Below the pieces are notes generated by a model, which saw nothing but the letters and a program-made list of their open reading frames with translations, was not told the origin of the DNA and ran no database searches. From Octopus vulgaris (taxonomy: Eukaryota), in the NCBI GenBank assembly GCA_951406725.2, contig OX597815.1, forward strand, positions 159,898,001-159,962,000: a stretch of 64,000 nt of DNA, in the 5' to 3' direction. Positions 25,490 through 38,866 of this stretch are shown here, one piece after another; the first letter of the stretch is position 1; every line of letters begins with the position of its first letter. The position numbers and the translations under genes are program-made.

Positions 25490-26130
25490 GTAATAAATAT
25501 ATGCATAAAGATATCCCTTAATTCTCTTGCATATGTCAACTACTTTTGGGTTGCAAAGACCATGTAGGAAAGAGAACATTCCCACTGGAATATGCCGGTG
25601 GTAGCATTGACCATGTGGTTGCATGGCATAGCCCTAATTATTTACAACTGTAGTATACCAAGGATGATTAGAATTTTGTGTGCATCAGTATGGGCACCAC
25701 AGTGGGGTCTGTGCAGAGCCATCTATTGGTTTTTTTCTTTTCTTCAGATCCAGGTCAAAATTCTTCTCATCAGAAAAGAACTAGAGCATGATGGATTTCT
25801 CATAGTGCTTTAGATTGTTCAGGAAACACTTCAAATGGATCATATGGTTCTCTTGTGTCTCACTGTACATGAATTACTCTGTCCTTATCATTTAGGACTT
25901 GCACATGATGTCCTCGTAGGGTCATACATTGCCTTAGACCTGCTGGAGAAATTCATCCATCCTGATATTGTACACCCATTGCAAATGGTACTTTCTCTTG
26001 GTCACTAATGGTAATGCAACTCCTCCAGGGAACTCTTTTCTGACCCTCAACACAAAAGATTCAGCTGCATTCAAAAATCTAGTGATCTCCAACTTGCTGC
26101 TAGTGCCATGAACTTAACATGCTTTTTACC
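25490..26130 (-). mobile_element. Tc1/mariner (maT/DD37D-like) transposase relic
   Basis: Minus-strand LEITRFLNAAESFVLRVRKE, FFSDEKNF (first catalytic D), NRWLCTDPTVVPILMHTKF. Confidence 0.75.
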
Positions 26131-26189
26131 TTTTCCTATGTCAAATTTGAACTTTTGACTTATCTGAGATTGAAATGAAAATGTTTTGC

Positions 26190-26346
26190 CGGTGTGGCTG
26201 TGTGGTTAGAAACTTACTTCTCAATCACATGGTTTCAGGTTCAATCTCACTGCATGACACCTTGGGCAAGTGTCTTCTACCATAGCCTTGGGCCGACTAA
26301 AGCCTTGTCAGTGGACTTAGTAAATGGAAACTGGAAGATGCTCATC

Positions 26347-26382
<36 letters not shown>

Positions 26383-26615
26383 ATATGTTTATGGGTGTGC
26401 ATGTTTGTCTTTGTCCCCCCCATCATCGCTTAACAACTGATGCTAGTGTGCTTGCACCCCCATAACTTAGTGGTTCAGTTAGAAAAAACCAATAGAATAA
26501 GTACTAGGCTTACGAAGAATAAGTCCTCAGATCGATTTCTTTGACTAAAACTCCTTTAAGGTGGTGCTCCAGCATGGGTGGCAGTCAAGTAACTGAAACA
26601 AGTAATAACAAAAGA
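26190..26615 (+). mobile_element. SINE family A
   Basis: Colinear with 3656-4061. Confidence 0.8.
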
Positions 26616-27117
26616 ATAGAAAAAAATTTCACTGAACACCCCTCTAAACTTTTCTTTAGTAGTGACATCTGTCAGGTTCCTTGTTTTCCTTCTTCAGAAC
26701 ATCTTACAAATCTGAGCTTGTCTATCTCTGATTCTGAAGCCACTAATCACTAGTCTATGCTGACTGGTACATCCTTTACTAGGTAAATATTTAGTAGTCA
26801 CAAATATTTGTCCATTTTCTTTTGTGGTAGTTATGAATACATGCATATATATATATATATACATACATACACATACAGAGAAACTGTGCCAAAACTGAGA
26901 CATTAAAGCAAGACATGGTCTTCCAACTTATTGGGTTCTGTTGTGCCATTCAAACCTTACCAGTATGGAAAACAGACATAAAATTATGATATATATATAT
27001 ATAGTTTGATAAGTGCCATCTCATACAACGTTTTGGCACTTGTATCACACTAAAACTTTTGCCGATTATTAATAAAAAAAATATGTGTGTGTGTACATGT
27101 GTGTATGTATATATAAA

Positions 27118-27433
27118 ACCCTTTTGGTCATGAATGACTCTGGGGTTGCACCTAGAAAGTTTCCTCCTGAGGCACATGTCCGGGCAAGGTTGTTTATGAA
27201 GACCAGCAGTGGCCCATGCAAACTAGCCTTCCCTCTCCCTGCCACCAGTGTTATCCAAGGGAAAGAGAAAGGCCAATACAGCTTGGGACCAGTGACATTG
27301 CAAATAATTTCTACAGCTGAGTGAGCAGGCACAACAGGAAATAAAGTATCTTGCTCAAGTGTCTCGGTCCACGAATCAAACTCGCCACCTCATGATTGTG
27401 AGCCTGATACTCTAACCACTGAGCCATGCACCT
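27118..27433 (-). mobile_element. tRNA/CORE-like SINE with a distinct tail
   Basis: Reverse head AGGTGCATGGCTCAGTGGTTAGAG...GAGTTTGATTC, CORE-like TTGAGCAAGATACTTTATTTC. Confidence 0.65.
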
Positions 27434-27449
27434 ATTTATATATATACAT

Positions 27450-27810
27450 AAGTTCTGGTTTCAGTCCTACTGCATGGCACCTTGGCCTTGACACAAGTGT
27501 CTTCTGTTATAGCCATGGATCCACCACAGCCTTGTCAGTGGATTTGATAAATGGAAATAGAAAAAAGTTCACCATATGTGTTACTGTCTCCTTACCGTGA
27601 CTTCATGTGAATGTCACTGTCATGCTGGCAGTGTTCTTCATTTCCAGTATTCTAACTTGTCATGGGGAAATGTTACCTTGCTTGGAGACAAGTGAAGGTT
27701 GGCAGCAGGAAAATTATCCATCCTTCGAAAATCCACCCCAACAAATTCCGTCCAAGCCATGGAAGTACGGAAAAGTGGCTGTTAAGATGATAACGAAAAT
27801 GCTGATGACA
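27450..27810 (+). mobile_element. composite SINE: family A head + RTE-like tail
   Basis: Same architecture as 5562-6007; an older relative follows at 27968-28350. Confidence 0.6.
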
Positions 27811-28414
27811 TTTTAGCACACTCGCACACACAAACACACGAAGAAATGTATGAAGCAACAACACTGTTCCTCCACCACCACTGTAATACATCCACAGTGA
27901 ACAAGGGAGAGTGTATAATCACTATACATACACTTATAGACACTGCACACACATTCATGAATTGGGCAGCCACAGGCGTAGTCTCATGGTTAAGAAGTAT
28001 GCTTTGAAATTCAGCTGTGTAGTTTTGTCCTCTTCATCTACAAACAAATTTGGATTAACCAATGTTGTGAATGGATTTGCTTGGTGGAAACTATATGTGT
28101 GTGTGTGTGTGTGCATGACTGCTGATGACCTATGGTTTCACCCGTTGCCATTTGAGTGAAATGGTAATGTCTACATTCTGTTTATGATTACCAAACACTC
28201 TATGCTTTCAAACAACTATGCTTTTCCAAGTCTTTTACTTGAGAAACAGGAAAGGCTGGTGACTGACTGGAAGAGCAAACACCCACTGAATCTTGTTTCA
28301 AATAAGTCTCCTGCTAACCCATGTAAGCATTGAAAAAAAATTGATGTTAAGTGAACAAATAAACAATATTCTCACATACATACATATACATCTACATGTG
28401 TGTTTGTGTGTGTG

Positions 28415-28453
<39 letters not shown>

Positions 28454-28617
28454 TAGCATGTATAATTGGGTTGAAAATCCCTTTTGGATATGTACATGCT
28501 ATTGTTTTCAGCTTTATGTGTGTGCTTCGAGATACACTGTTCCAAAAATGAATTATTTCATGTTATTCTCTTGAAAGTTTATAAATTTTTTATGCCATCA
28601 ACACTAAATATATATGT

Positions 28618-28652
<35 letters not shown>

Positions 28653-28946
28653 TATGTATATATGTATATATATATATATATAGACATACACATACTTGGA
28701 TATGTGTATATATTAATGTATGTATATATTTTGTACAAGTCAGTTAAAATAAATCAATACCAATGAAATACGTTTATATATTCTCTGCAAGATATTCTGT
28801 TTATACTACCATTCAAAAACAGGCCTTTTATTTTTTTTTTTTTAATTTTATGATTAATTTCATTCATTTTGCTCTTTTAAACATGTTCTTGCTCTTTTTT
28901 TACACATCTCCCCTAATTGGTGTAGAGTGTAATGCAAAAGTAATAA

Positions 28947-28977
<31 letters not shown>

Positions 28978-29444
28978 AATAAATGCAAATTACATTTTAC
29001 TGAATTTCTTGTCTTTTCTTTTCTCCATTAATATCTAACTATTGCATTTAGAAGGAAAAGAAAAACTAAATGCAGATTAAGAAATTGTAATTATTGTCAA
29101 TATTTGAATTGTTTCTATCCGTAAAGATTTGTGAAAGATCTAAATTGTCCCTCTGCTTGTGTTCATATCTCTTTTATATGTATGTGTGTGTGTGTGTATT
29201 TCTTTCTCAAACATATATGTTCACAAAGCCATTTTTCTTTATAACTTTCAATATCAATGATGTAACCTCCCTCTTTTCACTCAACCTAACATAATAAGAA
29301 GCTAAAGGTCTCTGAAATCACATCTTAGGATTTTTAAAGAAGCAAGTACTCATTGGATACTGTAGTTCTGAATGCATGAAAATGAGATTATCTCAATTTG
29401 CTCACCTTTGATCATTAATCCACTCAGTCATGTTTGTCTTAGGC

Positions 29445-29674
29445 TTAACCCCTTCAATACCAACCCAGATTAAACTGCCTGTAGCTCTATAGTACAAATG
29501 TCTTATTTTCATAAGTTTTGAATTAAAATCTTCCACCAAATGTTAGTTACAATTTATATTCCTAACACTAGCTTAATGATAGCTAAGTTATTTTACTAAA
29601 TTATTGGTTATATTTAAAATTAATTGAAAGAAACACAGAGCATCTCAAAATAAATACAGTAACAAAAGGATTAA
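29445..29674. mobile_element. piggyBac-type MITE, family 2
   Basis: TTAACCCCTTC...CAAAAGGATTAA; colinear with 21994-22138. Confidence 0.65.
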
Positions 29675-29799
29675 ACAGGCAACAACATGGTAAATACTTC
29701 TACAACCTTAGTTTAACCCTTTTGATACCAACCTGCCTGTGACTGCACCCAGGTGAATGATATAAAACCATCTATATTGTAGAATCTAAACATTCTATA

Positions 29800-30015
29800 A
29801 TCCTTTCTGCTTTAGGCACAAGGCCTGAAACCTTAGGGAAGGAGGTCTACATTATTGTATTGACTCCAGTGCTCAACTGCTATTTATTTTACTAACTATG
29901 AAAGGATGAAGAGCAAAGTCACCTTGGCAGAATTTGAATGTAGAACATGAAACCAGAAGAAATGCTGCTAAGCGTTTCATCCAGAACACTAATGGTTCTG
30001 CCAACTCACCACTTT
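29800..30015 (-). mobile_element. SINE family C
   Basis: Reverse similarity to 18977-19192. Confidence 0.7.
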
Positions 30016-30080
30016 TAAGCATTCTTTAACAAAATATATTTGCATAAAGTTGTGTTCAACAAAATTTTCACTGCAGTATA

Positions 30081-30464
30081 GGTGCAGGAGTAGCAGCATG
30101 GTAAGTAGCTTACTTATTAACCACATGGTTCCAGGTTCAGTTCCACTGCGTGGCACCTTGGGCAAGTGTATAGCCTTGGACCAACCAAAGCCCTGTGAGT
30201 GGATTTGGAAGATGGAAACTGAAAGCCCATTGTATATATGTATATATATGTGTGTGTGTGTGTTTCTGTGTCTGTGTTTGTCCCCCCAACATCACTTGAC
30301 AACCGATGCTGGTGTGTTTACATCCCCGTAACTTAGCAGTTCAGCAAAAGAGACCGATAGAATAAGTACTAGGCTTACAAAGAATAAGTCCTGGGGTCTA
30401 TTTCATCAACTAAAGGCGGTGCTCCTGCATGGCCGCAGTCAAATGACTGAAACAAGTAAAAGAG
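30081..30464 (+). mobile_element. SINE family A, full length
   Basis: Colinear with 3656-4061. Confidence 0.85.
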
Positions 30465-31326
30465 TAATAGTCTCAGGAGAAAATTCACCACTTAGACAAC
30501 ATGTGAAAACAAATTGGGCTGTCAATAATATCATTAGATTGTAGGAGGCATGCATTTCTACTTTCTTTCACGCCATCCGCTACAAACACTGAATCTGCCT
30601 TTCACAGGCCAAAATTAATGCTATTCTTATTAGAACAGAAAATAGTATATTTGCTGGTGTAGATAAAGCTTGGGAAAGCTTAGAATTAAATAAAGTGGCA
30701 TGAAGCACCAGTGAACGAAATATATTTGTGTAGAGTCATATTCGGCATGTTTAAGTGTACACTCAGATGTGAAAAGACCTTTTGCTGTGGAATTAATGGG
30801 AGGAGGAAGTTCACCCATATCACATGTGTGATATTTATTTGATAGTTATTTGATCATAGGATACATGTGTTTGCATTCCTTCACAACACCTATGAACACC
30901 AAATCCACCCTTCGATCATTCTCCTGTATGTTTTCATATGTCATCTAAGAGAAGAATTTTCTCTGGACACAATTCCTGCAACAAAGGGTCTTCTCACATC
31001 TGGCTGTACACAAACATATTAAATATGACTTCTCATGAATGCATTTTATTTAATGCTGCTTCATGTGGCTTTATTTATTTAACTCTATGAAAATTTTACG
31101 TAAGCATTTTATGTCATTTTAATAACAGAGAACATTATTTGACAAAATTCTTCAAAATTGTTGATTAGTTTGAAAATGAATTCAAACACAAGTAGAGTGT
31201 TTTTATAGAGAAAATATGGTTAGAGAAGGATTAAGCATGAATATACCTGTGATAAAGGTGACAGTAGTAACAGGCCTAAGCAATTTTCCCATTGCTAACA
31301 ATAGTGAGACTATTATTCACTGCCAT

Positions 31327-31830
31327 AATAATAATAATAATAATAATAATCCTTTTTACTAGAGGCACAAGGCCTACAATTTGGGGGTGAGGGGGATGGT
31401 TGATTACATCAACCCCAGTATGCAACTGGTACTTATTTTATCAACTCCAAAAGGATGAAAGGCAAAGTCAACCTCAGCGGAATTTGAACTCAGAATGTAA
31501 AGATGGATGAAATACTGCTAAGCATTTGGCCCAGTGTCTAATGATTCTGCCAACTCACTGCTTTGATAATAATAATAATAATCCTTTCTACTAAAGTCAT
31601 AAGGCCTGAAATTTTGCGGGAAGGGACAAGTCGATTACATCGACCCCAGTGTTTCACTGGTACTTAATTTACCAACCCTGAAAAGATGAAAGTCAAAGTT
31701 GACCTCAGTAGAATTTGAATTCAGAACGTGAGAATGGATGAAATACTGCTAAGCATTTTGCCTAGCAGGCTAACAATTCTGCCAGCTTGCCACTTTGATG
31801 ATGATAATAATAATAATAATGATGATGATT
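31327..31830 (-). mobile_element. two tandem SINE family C copies flanked and separated by (AAT)n
   Basis: 31350-31565 and 31580-31795 are reverse copies. Confidence 0.8.
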
Positions 31831-31869
31831 ATGATGATTTGGTGACATTGATATAAACTGCAGTATTTT

Positions 31870-33850
31870 CCAATATGATTCTCTGCCAGCAATTCTCTTT
31901 AGTATGAATCTCTTTCCTCTTTATAAGCTGCTAAATGATGCAAGACATAGATACAGAATTTACAACAGATCAACCAATCACCCCTTTTACATGGATGATC
32001 TAAAGATTTTTGCAAAAGGTGATCAACAACTGGAACAGCTTTTAACTTTAATGAGACAATTTTGAAATAGAATTTGGCCTTGATGAATTTGCTAAAGACA
32101 CACTCTTTTTCCAAATGAAAAAACTCTTGAACAGACAACTAGACAAGACTACTATAGTCAAGGAATTAGATCTTGAAGAAAACTAAAAATATTTAGATAT
32201 GTGTGTGTGAGGGGAATGGTATTGAGCACCCACATATACATGAGAAAGAATATAGAAGAAATGCTTTCAGAGAGTTAGGGCTTTCTTAAGAAGCAAACTT
32301 AATACAAAAAAACAGGATTGATGCCATCAATATTTTGGCTCTACCTGTTTTAAATTACAGCTTTAATATCATAAAATAGTCCATCAATGAGATAAGTAAA
32401 ATTTATACGAAAATATGTTTCTCACAATGTACCTCATGCATCACTCAAAGGCAGATGTAGACACCCTGTGACAGGATGGAGGGCACAGACTGATACAACT
32501 GCTACTGTCTCTAAAAATAGCAACCACAGGGTTATATACCCATCTATAAAATAATAATGACTGGATGCCTGAACTTGCCTGCAAGCATGAAAGCCCCGAG
32601 AAATTATTCTAATATATCAGGAAATTAAGGATCACCAAAACTGAGGTACTACTAAATGAAACAGACGAACCCACTGTGAAAGCAAAACAAATAAAAGCAC
32701 AAACCAAATGAAATGGAATCCAAGAGCTGCATAACAGATGGAAATGTAAGGCATTATATGGTAAATTCCCTGCAAGTGCCAATGATCTGGTGGCAAGCTG
32801 GCAGAAATATTAGCGTGCCGGGTGAAATGCTTACTGGTATTTCGTCTGCTGTTACATTCTGAGTTCAAATTCTGCCGAGGTCGACTTTGCCTTTCATCCT
32901 TTCAGGGTTGATAAATAAAGCAATAAAGAAATAAGTGCCAATGGTCTTGATGTTGATACAAATACAACCCATCATTAGCTGCTGTATGTGGACTTAAATC
33001 AGAAATAGAGGGCTTCATTATAGCAACTCAAGATCAATGTCCCTCCTCCAGAAAAAAGCAAGACAACATTCTTTAAAATGGTACTGATCCTTCCTGTTGC
33101 TGTTGGGAGATAAATGACTACTTCATTTCTGGCTGCTCTGTTAGCTTCAACTGAGTATACTAACCATAATAGACTTAGTATTTGCACTAGAATATATACC
33201 ATCAGTTTGGGCTCCCATATGAAAAGAACTGGTGGGAATATATGCCTGTCAAAGTAGGAGAAAATAAATATATCACTGGTCTTTGAGACTTTAGTATTCA
33301 AACTGATTGATGCTAGTCAGGCCTATAAGACCAGGTATTGTGCTGAAAAAATCACTTACATAAAATACGTTCACTCATTGATATACTAATCCCAGTGGAG
33401 TGTAACGCCTCTGTGAAAACGTTTGAAAAGTTAAGTAAATACAAAAACCTTGAAAGAGAGGTCTTTAAACCATGGCATCTAAGAACAACCTGTGGTCATT
33501 GGAACATTGAGGATAATATCAAATGGCATTCTTAAATACTTTGATCAAACACCAGGAAACTTAAAAGTATCAGAACTACAAAAAAAATTGTTCTCATGGC
33601 TACAGCCTACATCATAAGAAAAATACTGTCAACCTGAGGATATATGAATCATTTAAAATCTTTTAATATCAAAAATATTGCCACAGCCATTTAATGAAAT
33701 CTAAATTCTCAGTACTTGGTCTCCCTTCCCTGAAATATATCATTGCCACTCATAAATAACTTCCACGGCAAAATGCCTAACTTGCTGCTTCTTGAAGTTT
33801 CCAGATGAGACTTGGAACAGCTTGTATAAAACAAAATGACAACAATAGCA
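31870..33850 (+). mobile_element. Dong/R4-clade LINE, RT to RLE endonuclease plus 3' UTR, decayed
   Basis: FYMDDLKIF, IEFGLD, NRIDAINILALPV, GLKSEIEGFIIATQDQ, SLIDILIP...KTFEKLSKYKNL, PVVIGTL, IVLMATAYIIRKILST* (stop about 33638). Confidence 0.85.
32789..32932 (+). mobile_element. SINE family C (tail variant 2, internally shortened) inserted in the Dong LINE, 15-bp TSD
   Basis: AAGTGCCAATG(A/G)TCT at 32774-32788 and 32933-32947. Confidence 0.85.
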
Positions 33851-34149
33851 TAAAAATATCTAGTAAAGAATCATGGAAAAATAATATAACTACAAAACAT
33901 GAGCAAAAAAGAAAAACTGTTTCCTGACTTCAAAGAATCCTGCAAATATAAAACAGAGGCTGGAATGGCAGTTATGAAGAAAAAGGAGAAATGATGGGAA
34001 TGGTGAAAGGCTACAATCTAAAGCAAAAAATGGGTTACAGAATACTTTGATAGAGGGCAATTCCATGCAAAAGGAAACAAAAACTGAAAAATTATAATAA
34101 AATTGTGCTACCATAATTTATGTATTCTTATGTTCCCATAAGCCAACAG

Positions 34150-34254
34150 GATTCAAAAAGGTAAAAAAATTTTCTGCAGGACTATTGTCATGTGACCAGG
34201 TCAGCCATCTTCAGTGCAGCCAAGAAGATGACAATTTGACTTCAAGGACAAAAG
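34150..34254 (+). CDS. candidate internal exon, phase 1-1 (105 nt, or 75 nt from 34180): GFKKVKKFSAGLLSCDQVSHLQCSQEDDNLTSRTK
   Basis: Two in-frame acceptors (CAACAG ending 34149; TTTTCTGCAG ending 34179), donor AAG|GTAGGT, open frame, length divisible by 3. Confidence 0.35.
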
Positions 34255-35079
34255 GTAGGTATCCAGTTCCATCCTAGAAAAAGATTAACTTTCCATCTTG
34301 CAAAGATGTATTTTCAGGAAGAATTAGAATAAAACTACAGTTTAGCAGTGTTATTTTTTGGAAGATCATCTTGCTTATCAGCAAAAACAATTTACTGTAG
34401 CCATTAGAATTTGTTGCATCAGTTACATATTGGCATTATAAATTTAGTCTACAAAATCCCGACAAATAATTATTTTAAACAAATGCAACCATTATGACAT
34501 GCTGTAATGGGGGGGATTTTATCCTTATACACAGTACTTTATATTTTCAGTTATGTGTACCTGCTTGTGCACTGTTTATGGAAATTTCAGTCACATTATG
34601 ATCAGTGAATTTTGGGGCTCCCACAGTTACCTGCAATGCATGTAAAATGTCTAGATTTAATTATGTAAGACATTATGCATGTGCTGCAATAAGCTTCAAG
34701 AAATGCTATTTAGAACTTTGTGTTCAAGTGCAGCACACGTTTTGAATACATAGAGTGTGTTTTGACCTTTTGATCAATTCCTCTTATTCTTGATTGATTA
34801 AAAAAACGTGGAATGCTAAGTGGTATCCAAGTTTCAGTGTTGTGTCAGTTACACATGTCTAAGTGGAAATGTTGCATGAGTTACATTTTATCAAAGACAT
34901 TACAGCATGTATTAAACAAGAGTGTTGGATATGAAAGCGTGTATAACATCCATAGTACTTCAGGTTTCTTTTGATATAAAAATGGTTTACACATGTAAAT
35001 TTTCTGCACAAGGTTTCCAGCATAAGTACCACCAAGTTAGGTATCGTGTCTTTCTTCTGTTGCTGCATCAATTAAACAA

Positions 35080-36330
35080 GTATTTATTCTCTCTAAGACA
35101 AGCTAGTTCAAACATAGAATTTCAATTCATATGTAACAATATTTAAGGGTCACAGCAGTTAAAGTATTCATGGGTCATTACATTTCAGTTAGCTTAAGTA
35201 AAATGCCAGGACATTTTTAGTATTAAAAAGTTCTTGTAAATGTTGTTTCAGTTACGATGGAATTGCCCTAAAACAAAGGCTAGAAAGAATTTTACATGGC
35301 CAATACCTGAAAAAGTTGAACAAAAGGAAGCAAACAAAAAAAGTTACAGCATTGATTGTAAAGCTTAGACTGAAGGGTATTTTACTGTTGTACAAGATCA
35401 AAGCCTTTCCACCAGAAACTACCAGAAACAGTGAAATGAAGCAGAATATGTGGAGATAGGGAAGAAAAATGAACCACAGGCTGCTCTTTCTTAGCCAAAG
35501 AAGAATGTATCAACAGGCATGACAGAGTTGGGGCTTACACTGGAAGCTGTGCTAGTACTATGAAATATCAACATAAAATGAAATGATTTAAGCATATAGG
35601 AATACACCAGAAAATGTCTCTGACCATGAGAATGTGACCATATTCTTGGATATGCTAATATACACAGGTTTCAAATTTTGGCACAAGGCTAGCAAGTTTG
35701 GGGGAGGGTGTAATTTGATATATTGACCCTAGTGTTCAACTGGTATTTATTTTATCAATCTCAAAAGGCAGAAAAGCAAAGTTGACCTTGGTGGAATTTG
35801 AATTCAAAATGAAAAGACAGATGGAATATCACTAAACATTTTGACATCTTAAGTCAATCAGATATTGGCAACAAATTTTTGCTGAAGGCCAGCAGTTTTT
35901 GGGAGATAATTAGTTGATTTACATCAGTCCTAGTGCTCGACTGGTACTTATTTTATCAACCCTGAAAGGATGAAAGGCAAAGCTGACCTCAGGAGAATTT
36001 GAACTCACAACGTAGTAACAGATGAAATACTGCTAAGCATTTACTTGGCATGCTCACACTTCTGCCAGTTTGCCATCTTAAACCAACCAGATATTACTAT
36101 CAAGAATGACCAGGAATGGAAATGGTGCCTAATTGATACATCAACCCCAAACAATGATATGTCTCTAAAAGAAATAGAGATAAACAATTGTGGGAGCTCA
36201 AAATAGAAATAATCCCCAAAACCCTTTGATTTAAGAATGATAAAATGACATGCTGGCAAATGCATAACCAAAGTCTGTAGGTTATGCATTTGCAAAAAAT
36301 AACATTATTAGACGCCATATATATTATGTT
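35080..36330 (+). mobile_element. old Dong/R4-clade LINE C-terminal region, split by two SINEs
   Basis: LHGQYLKKL, TEGYFTVVQDQSLSTRNY, GCSFLAKEECINRHDRVG, PENVSDHENVTIFLDM, NQPDITIK...CLIDTSTP. Confidence 0.7.
35667..36078 (-). mobile_element. two SINE family C copies
   Basis: Reverse similarity at 35667-35850 and 35860-36078. Confidence 0.7.
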
Positions 36331-36361
36331 GAGTAAAAGTGTATATATATATATATATATG

Positions 36362-36467
36362 TACGTGGCCTGGTGCAGCCTTCGGGCTCCCCAGACTCCA
36401 GTTGAACCGTCCAACCCATGCTAGCATGGAAAGCGGACGTTAAATGAGGATGATGATGATGATGATG
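36362..36467 (+). mobile_element. very short RTE LINE 3' end in (TA)n
   Basis: Near-identical to 58340-58428. Confidence 0.8.
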
Positions 36468-36566
36468 TATATCCCTACATATCTTGCATTTATTTTCTTT
36501 CCTCCACCTCACTCTCTATTTTGTATCTCATCAAAACTAACTATGACTTAACCATCCTCTCACACT

Positions 36567-36618
36567 ATCTCCGATGAAGGGATATAATTAATAAATATCC
36601 TGGAAACAGCTGTAAGAC
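36567..36618 (+). ncRNA. minimal type I hammerhead ribozyme motif (degenerate) in a Penelope-like terminus
   Basis: TCT-CCGATGA-[AGGGATAT..ATATCCTG]-GAAAC-AGCT-GTA-AGA; palindromic stem III ACAGCTGT; U4 is C and the stem II base is mismatched. Confidence 0.6.
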
Positions 36619-36692
36619 CTTTTATCTATAAATATTCTAATATCTACACAGCCTTGGTTTTTTTATCTCATTATGCAAAAAATTCTTATATA

Positions 36693-36865
36693 TAGGAGGG
36701 AGTATCCAAAAGAAACCGAAATTTTGCAATATTTTCTTCACTTAGTTTTATTGTTTACACTTTTATCATCTTCAAAGAAATTCTCCATTTGAAGTAATGC
36801 AACAGTCCAAATGTGTTTTCCACTGTTCAAAGCAGTGCTAGAACTCTTGTGAAGTGAACTTTGCC
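36693..36865 (-). mobile_element. mariner transposon 3' end
   Basis: Minus-strand EF*HCFEQWKTHLDCCITSNGE resembles the mariner C-terminus; TIR-like GAGGGAGTATCCAAAAG after TA. Confidence 0.6.
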
Positions 36866-37089
36866 CAGCCTATTCTTATTCTTGCACCTACACTCTCGGA
36901 ACACCCACATGCACTACTGATTTGGTCACTTAGATAATGGGAGTTATCAACTACGTCTATCTAACTTCACTGGCATTTGATGAAGTCTATTTTCTGTACA
37001 TTTTAGTGTTTATTGTACATGTGCACCTTCCATACACAAAAACTATTTTCCTGGTTGTCCTTCATCTGATATTGCTGCACTCCTTATGT

Positions 37090-37985
37090 GTGCATAGCTT
37101 GCACCAAGTACACCTGAAATTTACTAGTTCTGGTAGTGATTCAGCTATAAGAACAAGGTCATAAGCATAGAGGAGCTCCCAGAAGCATTCCATCTTAAAT
37201 TCCTGTTATTTCCTGTAGGACTATGTTTAACAAGAGGGGGTTGATGACTGATCCTTGATGAACCCCTCCTTGTACCCGGGATTCATAGCTTTACTTGTTG
37301 CCAACCTTTACCTTACTGATTGCATCCCTGTACATGACTTGTACAGCCTCTCACCAACCACTTGTCTATCCTTAGTCTCTGCATTGACTCCAAGATAAGG
37401 GATTGGGGGACCCTGTCAAAGGCTTTCTCCATGTCAACAAAAGCCAAGTACAGATTTTTATCTTTGGCTAAGTACTTCTCCTGCCACTGCCTTACCAGAA
37501 ATATAGCATCAGTGGTGCTTTTTACTGGCACAAAACCAAATTGAATTTCATCGAGACTCTCTCCCTAGTTAGTTGGGCTATGATCCTTTCCATAACTTTC
37601 ATCACCTGATTCATCAATTTGATACCTCTGTAGTTTTTTCAGTCTAAGGTGTCACCTTTACCTTTGTAGCAATTGACTATGGTGCTGCTACACTAGTCAT
37701 TGGGTATAACTCCTTTGTGTACTACCTGATTCACCATACAGGTGATTAGATCATATCATGCTAGATATTTTAAGCATCTCAACAGTTATTCCTGATGGAT
37801 TGGGGGGGGGGCTTTCCCCGTCTTCATATCCTTCATGGCTTTCTCTACAATGCTACAGTCTATTCAGATTGCTGGTCCCTCAGTTGGATCAACATTAGGC
37901 AGACTCTCCTTCTCTCATGAGCTCTCTACATTTAGTAGCCTTTCATATTGGCACTTTGAAGCCTCTTTCTTTGCAGAGTCACTAA
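37090..37985 (-). mobile_element. RTE-clade LINE, RT fragment
   Basis: STTDAIFLVRQWQEKY..LYLAFVDMEKAFDRVP, VHQGS, WELLYAYDLVLIAES. Confidence 0.85.
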
Positions 37986-38837
37986 TATATCCTAAAAGTT
38001 TAGAAACTTTGAGAGAATGTGAAATAATTTGAATTTGTATCAGATAAAGCAGCTTTCAGCTTTCATTATTCTAAGGGATTTTGAACCCAAATATTTTTGT
38101 AATACTAAATATATACTGCAGACTATTTTAGTGTCAGTCTATTGAATTCACTCAGAAAGTCTTGGTTTTATAGCAGAAGGCACTTGCCCAAGGTGTCACA
38201 CAATGAAATTGAACTGAAAACCACACAGCTGCAAAACAAATTTCTTAACCATCCAGCCATGACAGTGCATTGATGATAATTATTCTTTGATGATGGCAGC
38301 AGTGGTGTTAGCGGAGGTGGTGGCAACCTGTTGTTTAGTAAAAAACAGTGGTGATGAAAATCATTATAAGATATACATCAATGACAGATTTTGGCAGTGT
38401 TGGTTATAAGGTGATAGAAAAAAAATTATAGAGATGTAATGATTAGGCATACCTTTAATACTTCTTTGTTGACAACATTGCTGATGATGATGATGATGCC
38501 CATAACGACCATGCAAGAGATAAGCCTAATGATGATGATATTCATGGTGATGGTGATGATGATAATCATGATGGCAGGAGTAGTCAGCTGCTGGCATAAA
38601 AACATTTGAAGAACAAAATAAATGTTATGTTCACACTATTCAAACAAACTGGGAAAATAATACTTTTCTCTCTCTATTTATTTATTTTACTTGCTTCTTA
38701 TCATCAATGTAATATAAACATTTCCAATACTTAGACAGAATATTTGCTTACAACTTTGATTTATTTGCATGGGATTTGGAAGCTGATAAAACTTACATCA
38801 GGATAACTTCCTTACAGGACTATTTTCTCGTTCACAG

Positions 38838-38866
38838 GTAGAATGATTAAGAAAAGAAAAGGCCAG
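38838..38866 (+). CDS. candidate 29-nt exon (GRMIKKRKGQ)
   Basis: TTTTCTCGTTCACAG acceptor, CAG|GTAGCA donor; entry phase compatible with 34254. Confidence 0.2.

Noticed and set aside
33640-33850. Dong LINE as partner of SINE C because both associate with AAT repeats
   Set aside because: The Dong 3' UTR shows no similarity to either SINE C tail
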